Positions 8,426-17,653 of a DNA stretch of 64,000 nt are shown one piece after another; the stretch's first letter is position 1; every line of letters starts with the position of its first letter. Both the position numbers and the translations under genes were made by a program. The notes below the pieces were generated by a model. It saw only the letters and a list, made by a program, of their open reading frames with translations. It searched no databases and was not told the origin of the DNA. Origin of the DNA: an uncultured Spirochaetales bacterium (lineage in GTDB: Bacteria > Myxococcota_A > UBA9160 > UBA6930); assembly GCA_964615365.1 (NCBI GenBank), contig CAZTOU010000009.1, forward strand, positions 66,309-130,308, in the 5' to 3' direction.

Positions 8426-11400
8426 GTGGATCGCCTGATCCGCTACTTCGCCGAGCGTCACCTGGTGGTCCACGTGATCGTGGCCACGCTGGTCATTGTC
8501 GGCTACGCCACGGTCACGCGCACCGCGCGCGAGGGCATGCCCAACGTCAGCATGCCCATGATCGTCGTGAAGGCCATCCTCCCCGGAGCCGCCGCCCGCG
8601 ACGTCGAGACCAAGGTCACCATCCCCGTCGAGGACGCCATCGAAGGGGTGGACGGCGTCGAGTCCTTCCACACCGTGATCAGCGACAACATCTCCAGCAC
8701 CCTCATCGAGCTCTACGACGACTTCGACGAGGCCCAGATCCGGGAGGCCGAGCAGGACGTCCGCCAGGCCATCGACGCCATCAACGACTTCCCGCCGGAG
8801 ATGGACGAGGACCCGGTGATCTCGCGCATGAACCCCGGCAAGCTCCCGGTCCTCGAGATCGCCCTCTCGGGACCCATCGAAGCGGTGATCCGCGCGGCCA
8901 AGCTTCTGGAGCGGCGGATTCGGCCCCTCGACACCGTCGCCCAGGTCACCCTGGTGGGTCTGCAGGATCCCGAGGTCCGGGTGCTGGTCGATCCCGAGCG
9001 GGCCCGGGAGCACGGAGTCACGCTGCTCGAGGTGGTGCGCGCCGTGGAACGGCGCAATGTCTCGAGCACCGGCGGAATGCTGGAGACCGACCGCGATCGC
9101 CGCCAGGTGGTGCTGTGGAGCCGCTACGAGAGGCCGGAGGAGGTCGGGGAGACGGTGCTGCGCTTCCTCCCCGACGGAGGCGCGGTGCGGGTGCGCGACG
9201 TGGCGCGCATCGAGTCGGGCCGGGTGGACACCGGCCTCCTGGCCCACACCAACGCCGAGCCGGGCATCTCGGTGGTGATCCGCAAGCGCGAGACCGCGGA
9301 CATCCTCGACTGCGTGGACGCGGTGCGGCAGGTCGTCGAGACCACGCTGTTTCCTCCAGGCGTGCACTACGCCCTGGTGGACGACGAGTCCTTCGAGACC
9401 CGCAACCGCCTCGAGCTGATGGCGAACAACGGGATGATCGGAATCGTGCTGGTCGCCATCGTCCTGTTCGGCTTCCTGACACCGGCCACTGGCATCTGGG
9501 TGATGGTGCAGATCCCGCTGGTCTTCCTCGGCGTCCTGGCGCTGATGCCCCACGTCGGCATCACCGTCAACATCATCTCGCTGGCCGGCTTCGTGGTGGT
9601 GCTGGGGATGCTGGTCGACAACGCGGTGGTCGTCTCGGAGAGGATCACCGTCAAACGGCAGGAAGGTCTCGGTCGCACCGAGGCTGCCGTCGAGGGAACC
9701 TCCGAAGTGGCGCGTCCGGTGACCGCCTCGGCGGTGACCACGGTGCTCGCCTTTCTGCCGATGTGGGCGATCGGCGGGCTCCCCGGCAAGGTGGCCTGGA
9801 ACATTCCCGCCGTGGTGGTGCTGGCGCTCTTGATCGCGCTCTTCGGCGCCTTCTTCATCCTGCCCTCCCACCTCTCCGGGGAACGATCCGGCGGCAAGGC
9901 CGCGCCGAAGCGGGCCTTTGTGGTCCGGCTCGAGGCCCGCTACCGACGCCTGCTCGGTGTCGTCCTGCATCACCGCGCCCTGGTGATCGGCGCCGCGATG
10001 GCAGTCTTCCTGGCGATCATGTTCGGCCTCGCGCCGCTAACGGGCTTCGTCATGTTTCCCCAGGACGACTCCGAAGCCCTCCACATCAAGGTGACCACGC
10101 CGCTCGGCACGCCGCTGGAACAGACCGAGGCCGTGGTAGCGTCCCTGGAGCGCCAGCTTCCCGATCTGATCGGGAAGGACCTGGTCGCCGTCACCGCGCG
10201 CGTGGGCCATCAGGAAACTGGCCGCTTCTCCTCGGACCGGGAACGCGGCGCCGCGGAGAACGAGGCGCTGGTCAACGCGCTCTTCCACAACATCGGACGC
10301 GAGCGCACCAGCGCCGAGTGGATCCAGGAGCTGGAGCGGACGCTCGTGGTCCCCGACGCGGTCGAGATCGTCTACGAGGCCGACATGATCGGCCCGGTCC
10401 ACGGCCTGCCCGTGACGGTCCACGTCGAGTCGAATCGGGACCAGGTGCGCCGGGGCGCGGCCCTGGAGGTGGCCGAGTGGCTGCGGAGCATCGAGGGCAT
10501 TACCAATATCGAGATCGACGAACGTCCGGGCACCCCTCAGCTCGACCTGAATCTCGATTACCAGAAGCTGGCGCTGCGCGGGCTCGAGGCCGAGGACGTG
10601 GGCCTCACCCTCAAGGCCGCCTTCTTCGGGCTGGTCGCCTCGGAGCACCGCGACCTCGACGACACCACCGACATCCGTGTGATGTTCGATCCCTCGGCTC
10701 GCCGCTCCATCGACGCGCTGCTCGAGACGCCGGTCCGCGCGGGCGGAGGCGGGCTGGTTCGGCTTCGCGACGTGGTGAAGCCGGTGGACCTTCCGGGAGT
10801 CTCGACGATCTACCACCGGGAGGGCCATCGCACCGCGACGGTGTCGGCGAGCTTCGTACCGGGGAGCGATCACACCGCGCTCTCGATGGCGGCGCGGATC
10901 GAGGAGGAGATCGTCCCCCGCTTCGCGGGTGTGCCCGGGCTCCGCATCTACAACGGAGGCGAGGCCGAGGACACCCGCGAGGTCACCGCCGACCTCGGAG
11001 TCTCGGCGATTCTCGCCGTCATCGGCATCACCGTGGTGATCACACTGATGCTCGGCTCCTTCCTCGAGGCGTTCTTCGTGGTGGCGGTGGTTCCCTTCTC
11101 TGCGGCGGCAGTGGTGCTGACCTTCTTCCTGCACGGCAAGCCGCTCTCGCTCCTGGCCATGATGGGCGCCATCGGCCTGGCCGGTGTCGTCGTGAACGCG
11201 TCGATCGTAATGGTGGACTCGATTCACCGACAGCTCCGCAGCGTCGATGCCGGCGACCCGCAGGTCCGTCGGGAGGCCATCATCGACGCAGTGGTGTCGC
11301 GGCTCCGGCCCATCCTGGTCACCAGCCTCACCACCCTCGGAGGCGTCATGCCGACGGCCTACGGCCTGGGCGGCTACGACGCGGTGGTGAGTCCGATGTC

Positions 11401-11563
11401 CCTGGCGCTGGGCTGGGGCCTCGCCTTCTCGACCCTGGTCACGCTGCTGCTGGTACCCACCCTCTACACACTGGCCGGTGATCTGCGCGGACTCGGGTAC
11501 CGGAATCGACTGGCGGCCCTCTCCGCGATGGCCCGAAGATCCCTCCCCGCCGAGAAGAGCTAG
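8426..11563 (+). CDS. RND-family efflux permease (AcrB/AcrD/AcrF-type, 12 TM)
   Basis: The 1045-aa protein has the typical RND N-terminus (IRYFAERHLVVHVIVATLVIVG). It shows the duplicated TM / large periplasmic loop architecture and conserved TM4-like VLGMLVDNAVVV. Confidence 0.9.
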   Translation: MDRLIRYFAERHLVVHVIVATLVIVGYATVTRTAREGMPNVSMPMIVVKAILPGAAARDVETKVTIPVEDAIEGVDGVESFHTVISDNISSTLIELYDDFDEAQIREAEQDVRQAIDAINDFPPEMDEDPVISRMNPGKLPVLEIALSGPIEAVIRAAKLLERRIRPLDTVAQVTLVGLQDPEVRVLVDPERAREHGVTLLEVVRAVERRNVSSTGGMLETDRDRRQVVLWSRYERPEEVGETVLRFLPDGGAVRVRDVARIESGRVDTGLLAHTNAEPGISVVIRKRETADILDCVDAVRQVVETTLFPPGVHYALVDDESFETRNRLELMANNGMIGIVLVAIVLFGFLTPATGIWVMVQIPLVFLGVLALMPHVGITVNIISLAGFVVVLGMLVDNAVVVSERITVKRQEGLGRTEAAVEGTSEVARPVTASAVTTVLAFLPMWAIGGLPGKVAWNIPAVVVLALLIALFGAFFILPSHLSGERSGGKAAPKRAFVVRLEARYRRLLGVVLHHRALVIGAAMAVFLAIMFGLAPLTGFVMFPQDDSEALHIKVTTPLGTPLEQTEAVVASLERQLPDLIGKDLVAVTARVGHQETGRFSSDRERGAAENEALVNALFHNIGRERTSAEWIQELERTLVVPDAVEIVYEADMIGPVHGLPVTVHVESNRDQVRRGAALEVAEWLRSIEGITNIEIDERPGTPQLDLNLDYQKLALRGLEAEDVGLTLKAAFFGLVASEHRDLDDTTDIRVMFDPSARRSIDALLETPVRAGGGGLVRLRDVVKPVDLPGVSTIYHREGHRTATVSASFVPGSDHTALSMAARIEEEIVPRFAGVPGLRIYNGGEAEDTREVTADLGVSAILAVIGITVVITLMLGSFLEAFFVVAVVPFSAAAVVLTFFLHGKPLSLLAMMGAIGLAGVVVNASIVMVDSIHRQLRSVDAGDPQVRREAIIDAVVSRLRPILVTSLTTLGGVMPTAYGLGGYDAVVSPMSLALGWGLAFSTLVTLLLVPTLYTLAGDLRGLGYRNRLAALSAMARRSLPAEKS

Positions 11564-11565
11564 AG

Positions 11566-12210
11566 CTAGCGGTAGGCCTCCGCCAGCTCGTCCTGGCAGC
11601 CGAGGTACTGGATCTGGTAGAGCCGGGCGCGCGCCTCCACCTTGCGGGCGACCCCGAGCAGCCAGGGCTTTTCCTGGTGGGAGCCTCGAGCGAAGCCACC
11701 CGGCCCCTCGTGATAAGCGAGGTAGAGGAGGAACGTGTCGTCCTTCGCCACTGCGTTGCGCCGGTGGATGACGTCACCGTACCAGCCGATGAAGTCCGCC
11801 ACGTCGGGGAAGCGATTGCGATCGGCGTTCCGGCGTCCGGCGGCGCGCAGGTAGTCGGCCCAGGTGCCGTCCTTGACCTGGCCGTAGCCGTACGCAGAAG
11901 AGCGCCGGCCCACCGGGAAGATCCAGAGCACCCGTCGCCAGCCCGGCCGGGCCTCGGCGCGGAAGCGGCTCTCCTGGTGGATGAAGGCCAGCTGCACGGA
12001 AGGCGGCACCCCCCACCGCTCGAAGGACCGCATCGCGCCCTCGTACCACTCGCCCTTCTCTTCGAAGATCTCGCAGAGATCTTCGGGATTGCGCGGAGGA
12101 CCGTTGGCGCAGGCCTGACAGAGGAGCACCAGGACCATCGACGTCGCGAGAAGCACCCCCGCACCCAGGGCCAGGAACCGAACACGACCGATCCGGGTCT
12201 TCGAGGTCAC
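11566..12210 (-). CDS. Transglycosylase SLT-domain-like lipoprotein
   Basis: GTG at 12210 gives a signal/lipobox (VLVLLCQAC). It has the catalytic-Glu context FIHQESRF and a YGYGQ motif. The upstream part of track ORF 11566..12837 is low-complexity. Confidence 0.7.
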   Translation of the reverse strand: MTSKTRIGRVRFLALGAGVLLATSMVLVLLCQACANGPPRNPEDLCEIFEEKGEWYEGAMRSFERWGVPPSVQLAFIHQESRFRAEARPGWRRVLWIFPVGRRSSAYGYGQVKDGTWADYLRAAGRRNADRNRFPDVADFIGWYGDVIHRRNAVAKDDTFLLYLAYHEGPGGFARGSHQEKPWLLGVARKVEARARLYQIQYLGCQDELAEAYR

Positions 12211-12275
12211 CTCTGCAGTATAAGTGCCGGACGGCGCTTCGCGATGCCCCCGACCCGCCGCCCGGCAGAAGCGGG

Positions 12276-13286
12276 CTAGAGACCCTGCTCGCCCATCATC
12301 GCGCGCACCCGGGCGTGGAAATCGTAGGGGTAGACGAGATCGAGCTTCGAGACCTCTTCGAGGCGCTTCCTGGCTTCCTCGTCCAGCGTGAGATCCGCGG
12401 CGCCCAGGTTGTCCTCGAGCTGCTCCAGGGTACGCGCACCGAAGATGGGTGAGGTCACGCCTTCTCGAGCCATCACCCAGGCGAGGGCGACCTGGCTCGA
12501 CGTCCTTCCCAGGGTCCCGGCGATCTGGGCCACGACGTCGGCGATCTCCAGGTTTCTCTCGGAGCGGAATCGCTCCTGGTTCATGGTGTCGACGGCGGCA
12601 CGCGTGCCTTCGGGAAGCGCCCTCCCCTTCCCCATCTTCCCGGTCAGGAGGCCTCCGCCGAGAGGGCTCCAGGGAATCACACCGATTCCCTCCTCGATGC
12701 AGAGCGGCAGGTGCTCGCGCTCGATGGAGCGGCAGACGAGGGAGTACTGGGGCTGGAGGCAGTCGAAGCGGGCCATTCCCAGCTCCCGGGCCAGGGCGTT
12801 GGCCTTCATGAGCTGCCACGCCGAGTAGTTGGAGCACCCGAGGTAACGGACCTTTCCTGCGCGGACGCAGTCGTCGAGGGCACCGAGGGTCTCGTCGAGC
12901 GGAGTGGTGGGATCGTGGGCGTGCACCTGGTAGAGGTCGATGTAGTCGGTGCCGAGGCGCCGCAGGCTGGCGTCGACGGCGTCGAGGATGTGCTTGCGCG
13001 AGAGGCCGAGATCGTTGGGACCGATGCCCATCGGGCCGGCGACCTTGGTGGCCAGCACCAGGCTCTTGCGCGTGTCCCGGATCGCCCGGCCCGTGATCTC
13101 CTCCGAGACGCCGGTGCTGTAGATGTCGGCGGTATCGATGAAGTTCCCCCCCGCTTCCAGGAAGCGGTCGACGATCGCTCTGGAGGTCGCCTCGTCACAG
13201 CCCCACTGCTGATTCCCGAAGGTCATCGCACCCAGGCAGAGATTGGAGACCTTGAGACCGGTGCGTCCGAGCTTTCGAATTCTCAT
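12276..13286 (-). CDS. Aldo/keto reductase (NADPH-dependent oxidoreductase)
   Basis: AGGAGG RBS precedes the ATG at 13286. The N-terminus MRIRKLGRTGLKVSNLCLGAMTFG, GGNFIDTADIY and LYQVH motifs are classic for the AKR family. Confidence 0.9.
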   Translation of the reverse strand: MRIRKLGRTGLKVSNLCLGAMTFGNQQWGCDEATSRAIVDRFLEAGGNFIDTADIYSTGVSEEITGRAIRDTRKSLVLATKVAGPMGIGPNDLGLSRKHILDAVDASLRRLGTDYIDLYQVHAHDPTTPLDETLGALDDCVRAGKVRYLGCSNYSAWQLMKANALARELGMARFDCLQPQYSLVCRSIEREHLPLCIEEGIGVIPWSPLGGGLLTGKMGKGRALPEGTRAAVDTMNQERFRSERNLEIADVVAQIAGTLGRTSSQVALAWVMAREGVTSPIFGARTLEQLEDNLGAADLTLDEEARKRLEEVSKLDLVYPYDFHARVRAMMGEQGL

Positions 13287-13401
13287 GGTGCGCCCTCCTT
13301 GGGAGCAGGCGGAAGGGTTCGACACAGAAGCGGTGTCTCTTCTTCCGAGAGTATCGCGAAACCGACCACCCGGGGGTCCGTCGACGGCGTCCGGGCGTCG
13401 C

Positions 13402-14877
13402 TCAGCGGCGGTAGGGGACCTCGACGGCGATCTTCACCGGCTCGCCCCGCCGAAGGCGTCGTTCACCGGAGAGACCGTTGGCGATGGCGGTCTCCTCGAG
13501 GCTCCAGGCGTTGCCCGTCCGGCGCGAGAGAGCCGCCAGACTCTCCCCCTCCCGGGCCCTGGCGACGCGCAGCCGGAGCTCGGTGATCCCGCGGCGTTCG
13601 CGGTCGCGGATCGAGCGGAAGCTCTGGGCCGCGTCTCGGAAGCTCCCCTCGTGCTCGCCGAAGCGGTCGGACGGCGAGAATCCCATCAGGCGAAACATCG
13701 CGCTCGGATGCGCGATCCAGGTCCACTCCGCCGCCGCGGGTCCCTGCTCGGTGGGGAGCTCCGCCCCGGCGCGATGAGCCGGGAAACCGCCGATTCGTTC
13801 GCCCTTGCCGTCCCCCAGCTCGAGCTGGTTGTGCTGGGCAAATCGCTCTGCCGCTGCCGCGGGATCCCCGCTCTCGCCCTGGGTCTGGAGCACGAAGATC
13901 GCATCGCCATCGGGAGCCCGCGCGAAGACGGCGGTCTTGGCGTTCTGTGTCTCCCAGCCGCGCGGGAAGTCGATCGCGAAGTCGAGACCGGGGTGCAGGA
14001 AGCGCTGCTCTCGGAAGAGCCCCTGCGCCGGATCGGGACCGATCAGCAGGTCCACCAGCCGCGCGCAGAAGGCAGCCCGCGTCTCCGCGATCGGCGCCGC
14101 CTGCGATACGCGCAGCGACTCTGCCCGGGCGGCGGCGTCGCCGACCCGCTCGTCGGTCATGGGATGGGAGTCGAAGAAGCTCGGGCGTCGCGTCTCACCG
14201 GTCCGCTGCTCGGATTCGCGGCCCAGAGTGCGCAGGAAGCTGGACATCGCCTCCGGATCCCAGCCGGTCTGCGCCGCCAGCCTCTGCCCGACCTCGTCGG
14301 CCTGGCGTTCCTGGTCACGGCCATAGGAGGCGATCAGCCCGGAGCCCGCCACCTGACCGAGCTGGGCCGCTCCCTGGGCGGCGCCCTCACCGCCGGCTGC
14401 GGCCGCGGCGAGGGTGCCGAGGGTGGCGAGGACACCGACGCCGAGGGCGCGGGTCTCCCGCTGCGCGGCGTGGCGGGCGGCCACGTGGCCGATCTCGTGT
14501 CCGATCACGTTCGCCAGCTCGGCCTCCGAGTTCGCGATGGCGAGGAGTCCGCGGGAGACGAAGATGTAGCCCCCGGGAAGGGCGAATGCGTTCGGCTCCA
14601 TCATGTCGACGACGGCGAAGTGGTAATCCACGTCGCGCCTGGGCGAGTGAATCGCCAGCCGTTGGCCGATCGCGTCGACGTAGGCGGTGAGCTCGGGGGA
14701 TTCGACCAGGCCCATCTCCTCCGCCACCTGGGCCACCATCTGCTCTCCCAGCCGCGCCTCGCGCTCCGCGGACATCAGCACCAGCTCTCGCCGACCGGTG
14801 ACGGGGTTGGTCGCGCATCCCGCCAGGAACCAGAGCAGGTGCGCGGAAAAGAGGCAGATGAGGATTCGTCTGGACAT
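13402..14877 (-). CDS. M48-family zinc metalloprotease lipoprotein with a C-terminal LysM domain
   Basis: Lipobox FLAGC, zinc site HEIGHVAARH, and a C-terminal LysM-like segment (RAREGESLAALSRRTGNAW...IANGL). Confidence 0.85.
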   Translation of the reverse strand: MSRRILICLFSAHLLWFLAGCATNPVTGRRELVLMSAEREARLGEQMVAQVAEEMGLVESPELTAYVDAIGQRLAIHSPRRDVDYHFAVVDMMEPNAFALPGGYIFVSRGLLAIANSEAELANVIGHEIGHVAARHAAQRETRALGVGVLATLGTLAAAAAGGEGAAQGAAQLGQVAGSGLIASYGRDQERQADEVGQRLAAQTGWDPEAMSSFLRTLGRESEQRTGETRRPSFFDSHPMTDERVGDAAARAESLRVSQAAPIAETRAAFCARLVDLLIGPDPAQGLFREQRFLHPGLDFAIDFPRGWETQNAKTAVFARAPDGDAIFVLQTQGESGDPAAAAERFAQHNQLELGDGKGERIGGFPAHRAGAELPTEQGPAAAEWTWIAHPSAMFRLMGFSPSDRFGEHEGSFRDAAQSFRSIRDRERRGITELRLRVARAREGESLAALSRRTGNAWSLEETAIANGLSGERRLRRGEPVKIAVEVPYRR

Positions 14878-14899
14878 GCTGTCCAGCTATGCTTAGCCC

Positions 14900-15133
14900 A
14901 TGACGAGCGACCAGGCAGAAGAGCTGCGAGACGACCCCCAGATCGCGTCCCTGACACCCGAGGAGAAGAGGGAGCTCGAGACCCGCCACGTGGTCACGGT
15001 CGGCGAGGAGGTGGTGTGGATCGAGCCGGACGGCCGCATCCGCCGCGAGAAGCTCTCGAGCGTCTACTACATCCGCACGGGGCGCGGGGTCTACCGGGCT
15101 AGTCGCATCAGCAAGGAGGTGGTGGAGGTCTGA
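14900..15133 (+). CDS. Small hypothetical protein (77 aa)
   Basis: ATG-initiated ORF with consistently G/C-ending codons like the neighbouring real genes. It has no competing motif-bearing ORF on other frames and no recognisable domain. Confidence 0.45.
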   Translation: MTSDQAEELRDDPQIASLTPEEKRELETRHVVTVGEEVVWIEPDGRIRREKLSSVYYIRTGRGVYRASRISKEVVEV

Positions 15134-15151
15134 CCAGGCCTGTCCTGGACG

Positions 15152-15165
15152 AACGAACGTTCGTT
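15152..15165. promoter_or_regulatory. Perfect 14-bp palindrome AACGAACGTTCGTT (candidate repressor operator) upstream of the acyl-CoA dehydrogenase
   Basis: It is noncoding, about 226 bp 5' of the GTG at 15391, and preceded by CCTGGAC (15144..15150). The same core and the same heptamer occur at 33044..33070. Confidence 0.5.
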
Positions 15166-15390
15166 TGCCTCGTCCGAAGTCCGAATCCCGCCGCAAGATT
15201 CCTCTTCTGACTACCCCCCGACGCGGGGATTCAGGCACGGATCGCCATCGAGGCAGAAGTGGCCTAATCCTCTCGAGTCGCCCGTGGCCGGCGCCCCCGC
15301 GCAGACCGAAAGGGGTCGACTGCCGACCGATGGATGAGGCGGCGGAGTTCCCGCCGGGAAGCCATCGCCCGAGCTCGAGAGGAGGATGTC

Positions 15391-16548
15391 GTGAGCCCCG
15401 CCCCCCCGCTGACCGTGCTTTCCGAAGAGGAGCAGATCTTCCAGGCGACCATCCGCGACTTCGCCCGACAGGAGATCGCGCCCCGCGTCGTGAAGATGGA
15501 CCAACAGGGCCACTACGACCCCGAGATCCTGCCGATGCTCTTCGACCTCGGTGTGATGGCGATCGAGACCCCCGAGGATCTGGGCGGAGCAGGCGGCACC
15601 TTCTTCCTGAGCGTGCTCGCCGTCGAAGAGCTCTCTCGGGTCGATGCCGCGGTCGGAGTGCTGGTCGACGTGCAGAACACCCTGGCGGCCAACGCGGTGC
15701 TGCGTTACGCCGGCAACGAGCTGCGGGAGCGGGTGCTGCGGAAGATGGCGGACGGGACGGTGGCGGCGTACGCGCTCTCCGAGGAGGCCGCGGGAAGCGA
15801 CGCCTTCGCGCTGCAGGCGCGCGCCGTCGAGGACGGCGACCACTTCGTTCTGACCGGCCGCAAGCTCTGGATCACCAACGCCGGCGAGGCCGGGATCTTC
15901 CTGATCATGGCCAACGCCAATCCCGAGGCGGGCTACCGGGGGATCACCAGCTTCATCGTCGAGCGCGGATTCGAGGGCTTCGAGGTCGGCAAGAAAGAGG
16001 ACAAGCTCGGCATACGCGCCAGCTCCACCTGCGAGCTGATCATGGACGGGGTGCGGGTCCCCAAGGGCAACGTCGTCGGTGAGGTCGGCAAGGGGTACAA
16101 GATCGCGATCGAGACGCTCAACGAGGGCCGGATCGGAATCGGCGCCCAGATGGTCGGTGTCGCCCAGGGCGCCCTCGACGATGCCGTCGCCTACACGGCG
16201 GAGCGAAAGCAGTTCGGCAAGCCGATCGGCGAGTTCCAGGGAGTGCAGTTCCAGCTCGGGCGGATGGCGATGGAGGTCGAGGCCGCGCGGCTGATGGTCT
16301 ACAACGCCGCGCGGCTCAAGGATGCGGGCGAGCCGTTCCTCACCCAGGCGGCGATGGCCAAGCTGTTCAGCTCCGAGGTCGCCGAGAGGGTAACCTCGAT
16401 GGCGGTCGAGCTGGCCGGAGGCATCGGCTATACCAAGGAGTACCCGGCCGAGAAACGCTATCGCGATGCGAAGATCGGGAAGATCTACGAGGGCACCAGC
16501 AACATGCAGCTGCAGACGATCGCGAGACAGGTGCAGCGGGGGGCGTGA
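15391..16548 (+). CDS. Acyl-CoA dehydrogenase (short/medium-chain type)
   Basis: GTG at 15391 lies 6 nt after GAGGAGGA; the ATG at 15334 is a possible alternative. LSEEEQIF, the conserved middle beta-domain, and C-terminal IYEGTSNMQLQTIAR are typical of ACADs. Confidence 0.9.
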   Translation: MSPAPPLTVLSEEEQIFQATIRDFARQEIAPRVVKMDQQGHYDPEILPMLFDLGVMAIETPEDLGGAGGTFFLSVLAVEELSRVDAAVGVLVDVQNTLAANAVLRYAGNELRERVLRKMADGTVAAYALSEEAAGSDAFALQARAVEDGDHFVLTGRKLWITNAGEAGIFLIMANANPEAGYRGITSFIVERGFEGFEVGKKEDKLGIRASSTCELIMDGVRVPKGNVVGEVGKGYKIAIETLNEGRIGIGAQMVGVAQGALDDAVAYTAERKQFGKPIGEFQGVQFQLGRMAMEVEAARLMVYNAARLKDAGEPFLTQAAMAKLFSSEVAERVTSMAVELAGGIGYTKEYPAEKRYRDAKIGKIYEGTSNMQLQTIARQVQRGA

Positions 16549-16626
16549 GCCCGCCGTGATACAAGAGAGAGCCTCGGCCAGAATGGATTCGACGCCGAGC
16601 GTCGACGAAATATGAGGAGAACCCCC

Positions 16627-17139
16627 ATGTCGCGACCCTACCCCTCCGTTCTCTTGCTGGCGGCCCTGCTCGTCACGAGCGTCCTGCTCCTGCTGGCCGC
16701 CGGCTGTGGAGGAGAGAGTGAGGAGCAAGAGCTCGCGGATGCAACCGCCGCCGTCGTCGAGAAACGGGGCGCCGTGGAGGAAGCCCGCGCAGAGGTGGAG
16801 ACCCGGCAGCAAGCGGTGGATGAGTTACAGAAGGAGCTGGAGGCGGCGATAGGGGAGCTGCAGATCCGCGAGCAGGCCCTCGCCGAGGCCGAGTCGCACG
16901 TCGGTCTCAAGGCGACAGACGCCACGCTCTTCCGAAGTGTCCAGCGGCGCCTCCTCGACGATGATGAGCTCAGCGACCTGGCCATCGCGGCAGAGGCAAA
17001 GCGGGGCACCATCACGCTCCGGGGCACGGTGCCCGACGAGGAAGCTCGGGCGCGCGCGGAGGAGATCGCGCAAGCCACGCCTGGCGTCTTCTCCGTCGAG
17101 AACCTGATCGAGCTGGAGTCCACGCCGGAAGCGGAGTGA
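16627..17139 (+). CDS. BON-domain lipoprotein with a coiled-coil segment
   Basis: ATG at 16627 lies 6 nt after GAGGAGA; the track start at 16612 is possible. It has the lipobox LLAAGC, heptad-rich EELQKELEAA, and a C-terminal BON-like ITLRGTVPDEEARARAEEIAQATPGVFSVENLI. Confidence 0.7.
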   Translation: MSRPYPSVLLLAALLVTSVLLLLAAGCGGESEEQELADATAAVVEKRGAVEEARAEVETRQQAVDELQKELEAAIGELQIREQALAEAESHVGLKATDATLFRSVQRRLLDDDELSDLAIAAEAKRGTITLRGTVPDEEARARAEEIAQATPGVFSVENLIELESTPEAE

Positions 17140-17651
17140 AGACGCTCTATCTGCTGCGCCACGCGAAGTCTTCCTGGGGAGATCCCGGTCTGGATGACCA
17201 CGGCCGCCCCCTCGATGGCCGGGGAGCGCGGGGGGCCACGGTGATGGGCGTCCACTTCGCACAGCAGGAGTACCAACCGTCGCTGGTGCTGTGCTCGTCG
17301 GCCAGGCGGACTCGGGAGACGCTCGACCTCCTCCTCCCCCATCTGCCGGTCCGTCCCGAACTGCTGATCGAACGACGGATCTACCTCGCGAGCGGCGGTC
17401 AGCTACTGGCGAGGTTGCAGGAGGTCGACGACGGAACCTCTCAGGTCCTGCTGATCGGCCACAACCCCGGCATCGCCGATCTGGCCCAGGGCCTGGCGGG
17501 CAGCGGACCGCGCGACCCGCTCCGCCGCATGGCGGCGAAGTTCCCCACCGCCGCGCTGGCGGTCTGCGAGTTCGATCTGGACCGCTGGCGCGACCTCGCT
17601 CCCGAGAGCGGACGCCTGCTCGACTTCACGACCCCGAAGGACCTGGTGTAG
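17136..17651 (+). CDS. Histidine phosphatase superfamily protein (SixA-like phosphohistidine phosphatase)
   Basis: The start overlaps the upstream stop (GTGA). It has the RHA/RHG-type catalytic motif LYLLRHAKS and a later GHNPG motif. Confidence 0.8.
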   Translation: MKTLYLLRHAKSSWGDPGLDDHGRPLDGRGARGATVMGVHFAQQEYQPSLVLCSSARRTRETLDLLLPHLPVRPELLIERRIYLASGGQLLARLQEVDDGTSQVLLIGHNPGIADLAQGLAGSGPRDPLRRMAAKFPTAALAVCEFDLDRWRDLAPESGRLLDFTTPKDLV

Positions 17652-17653
17652 GA

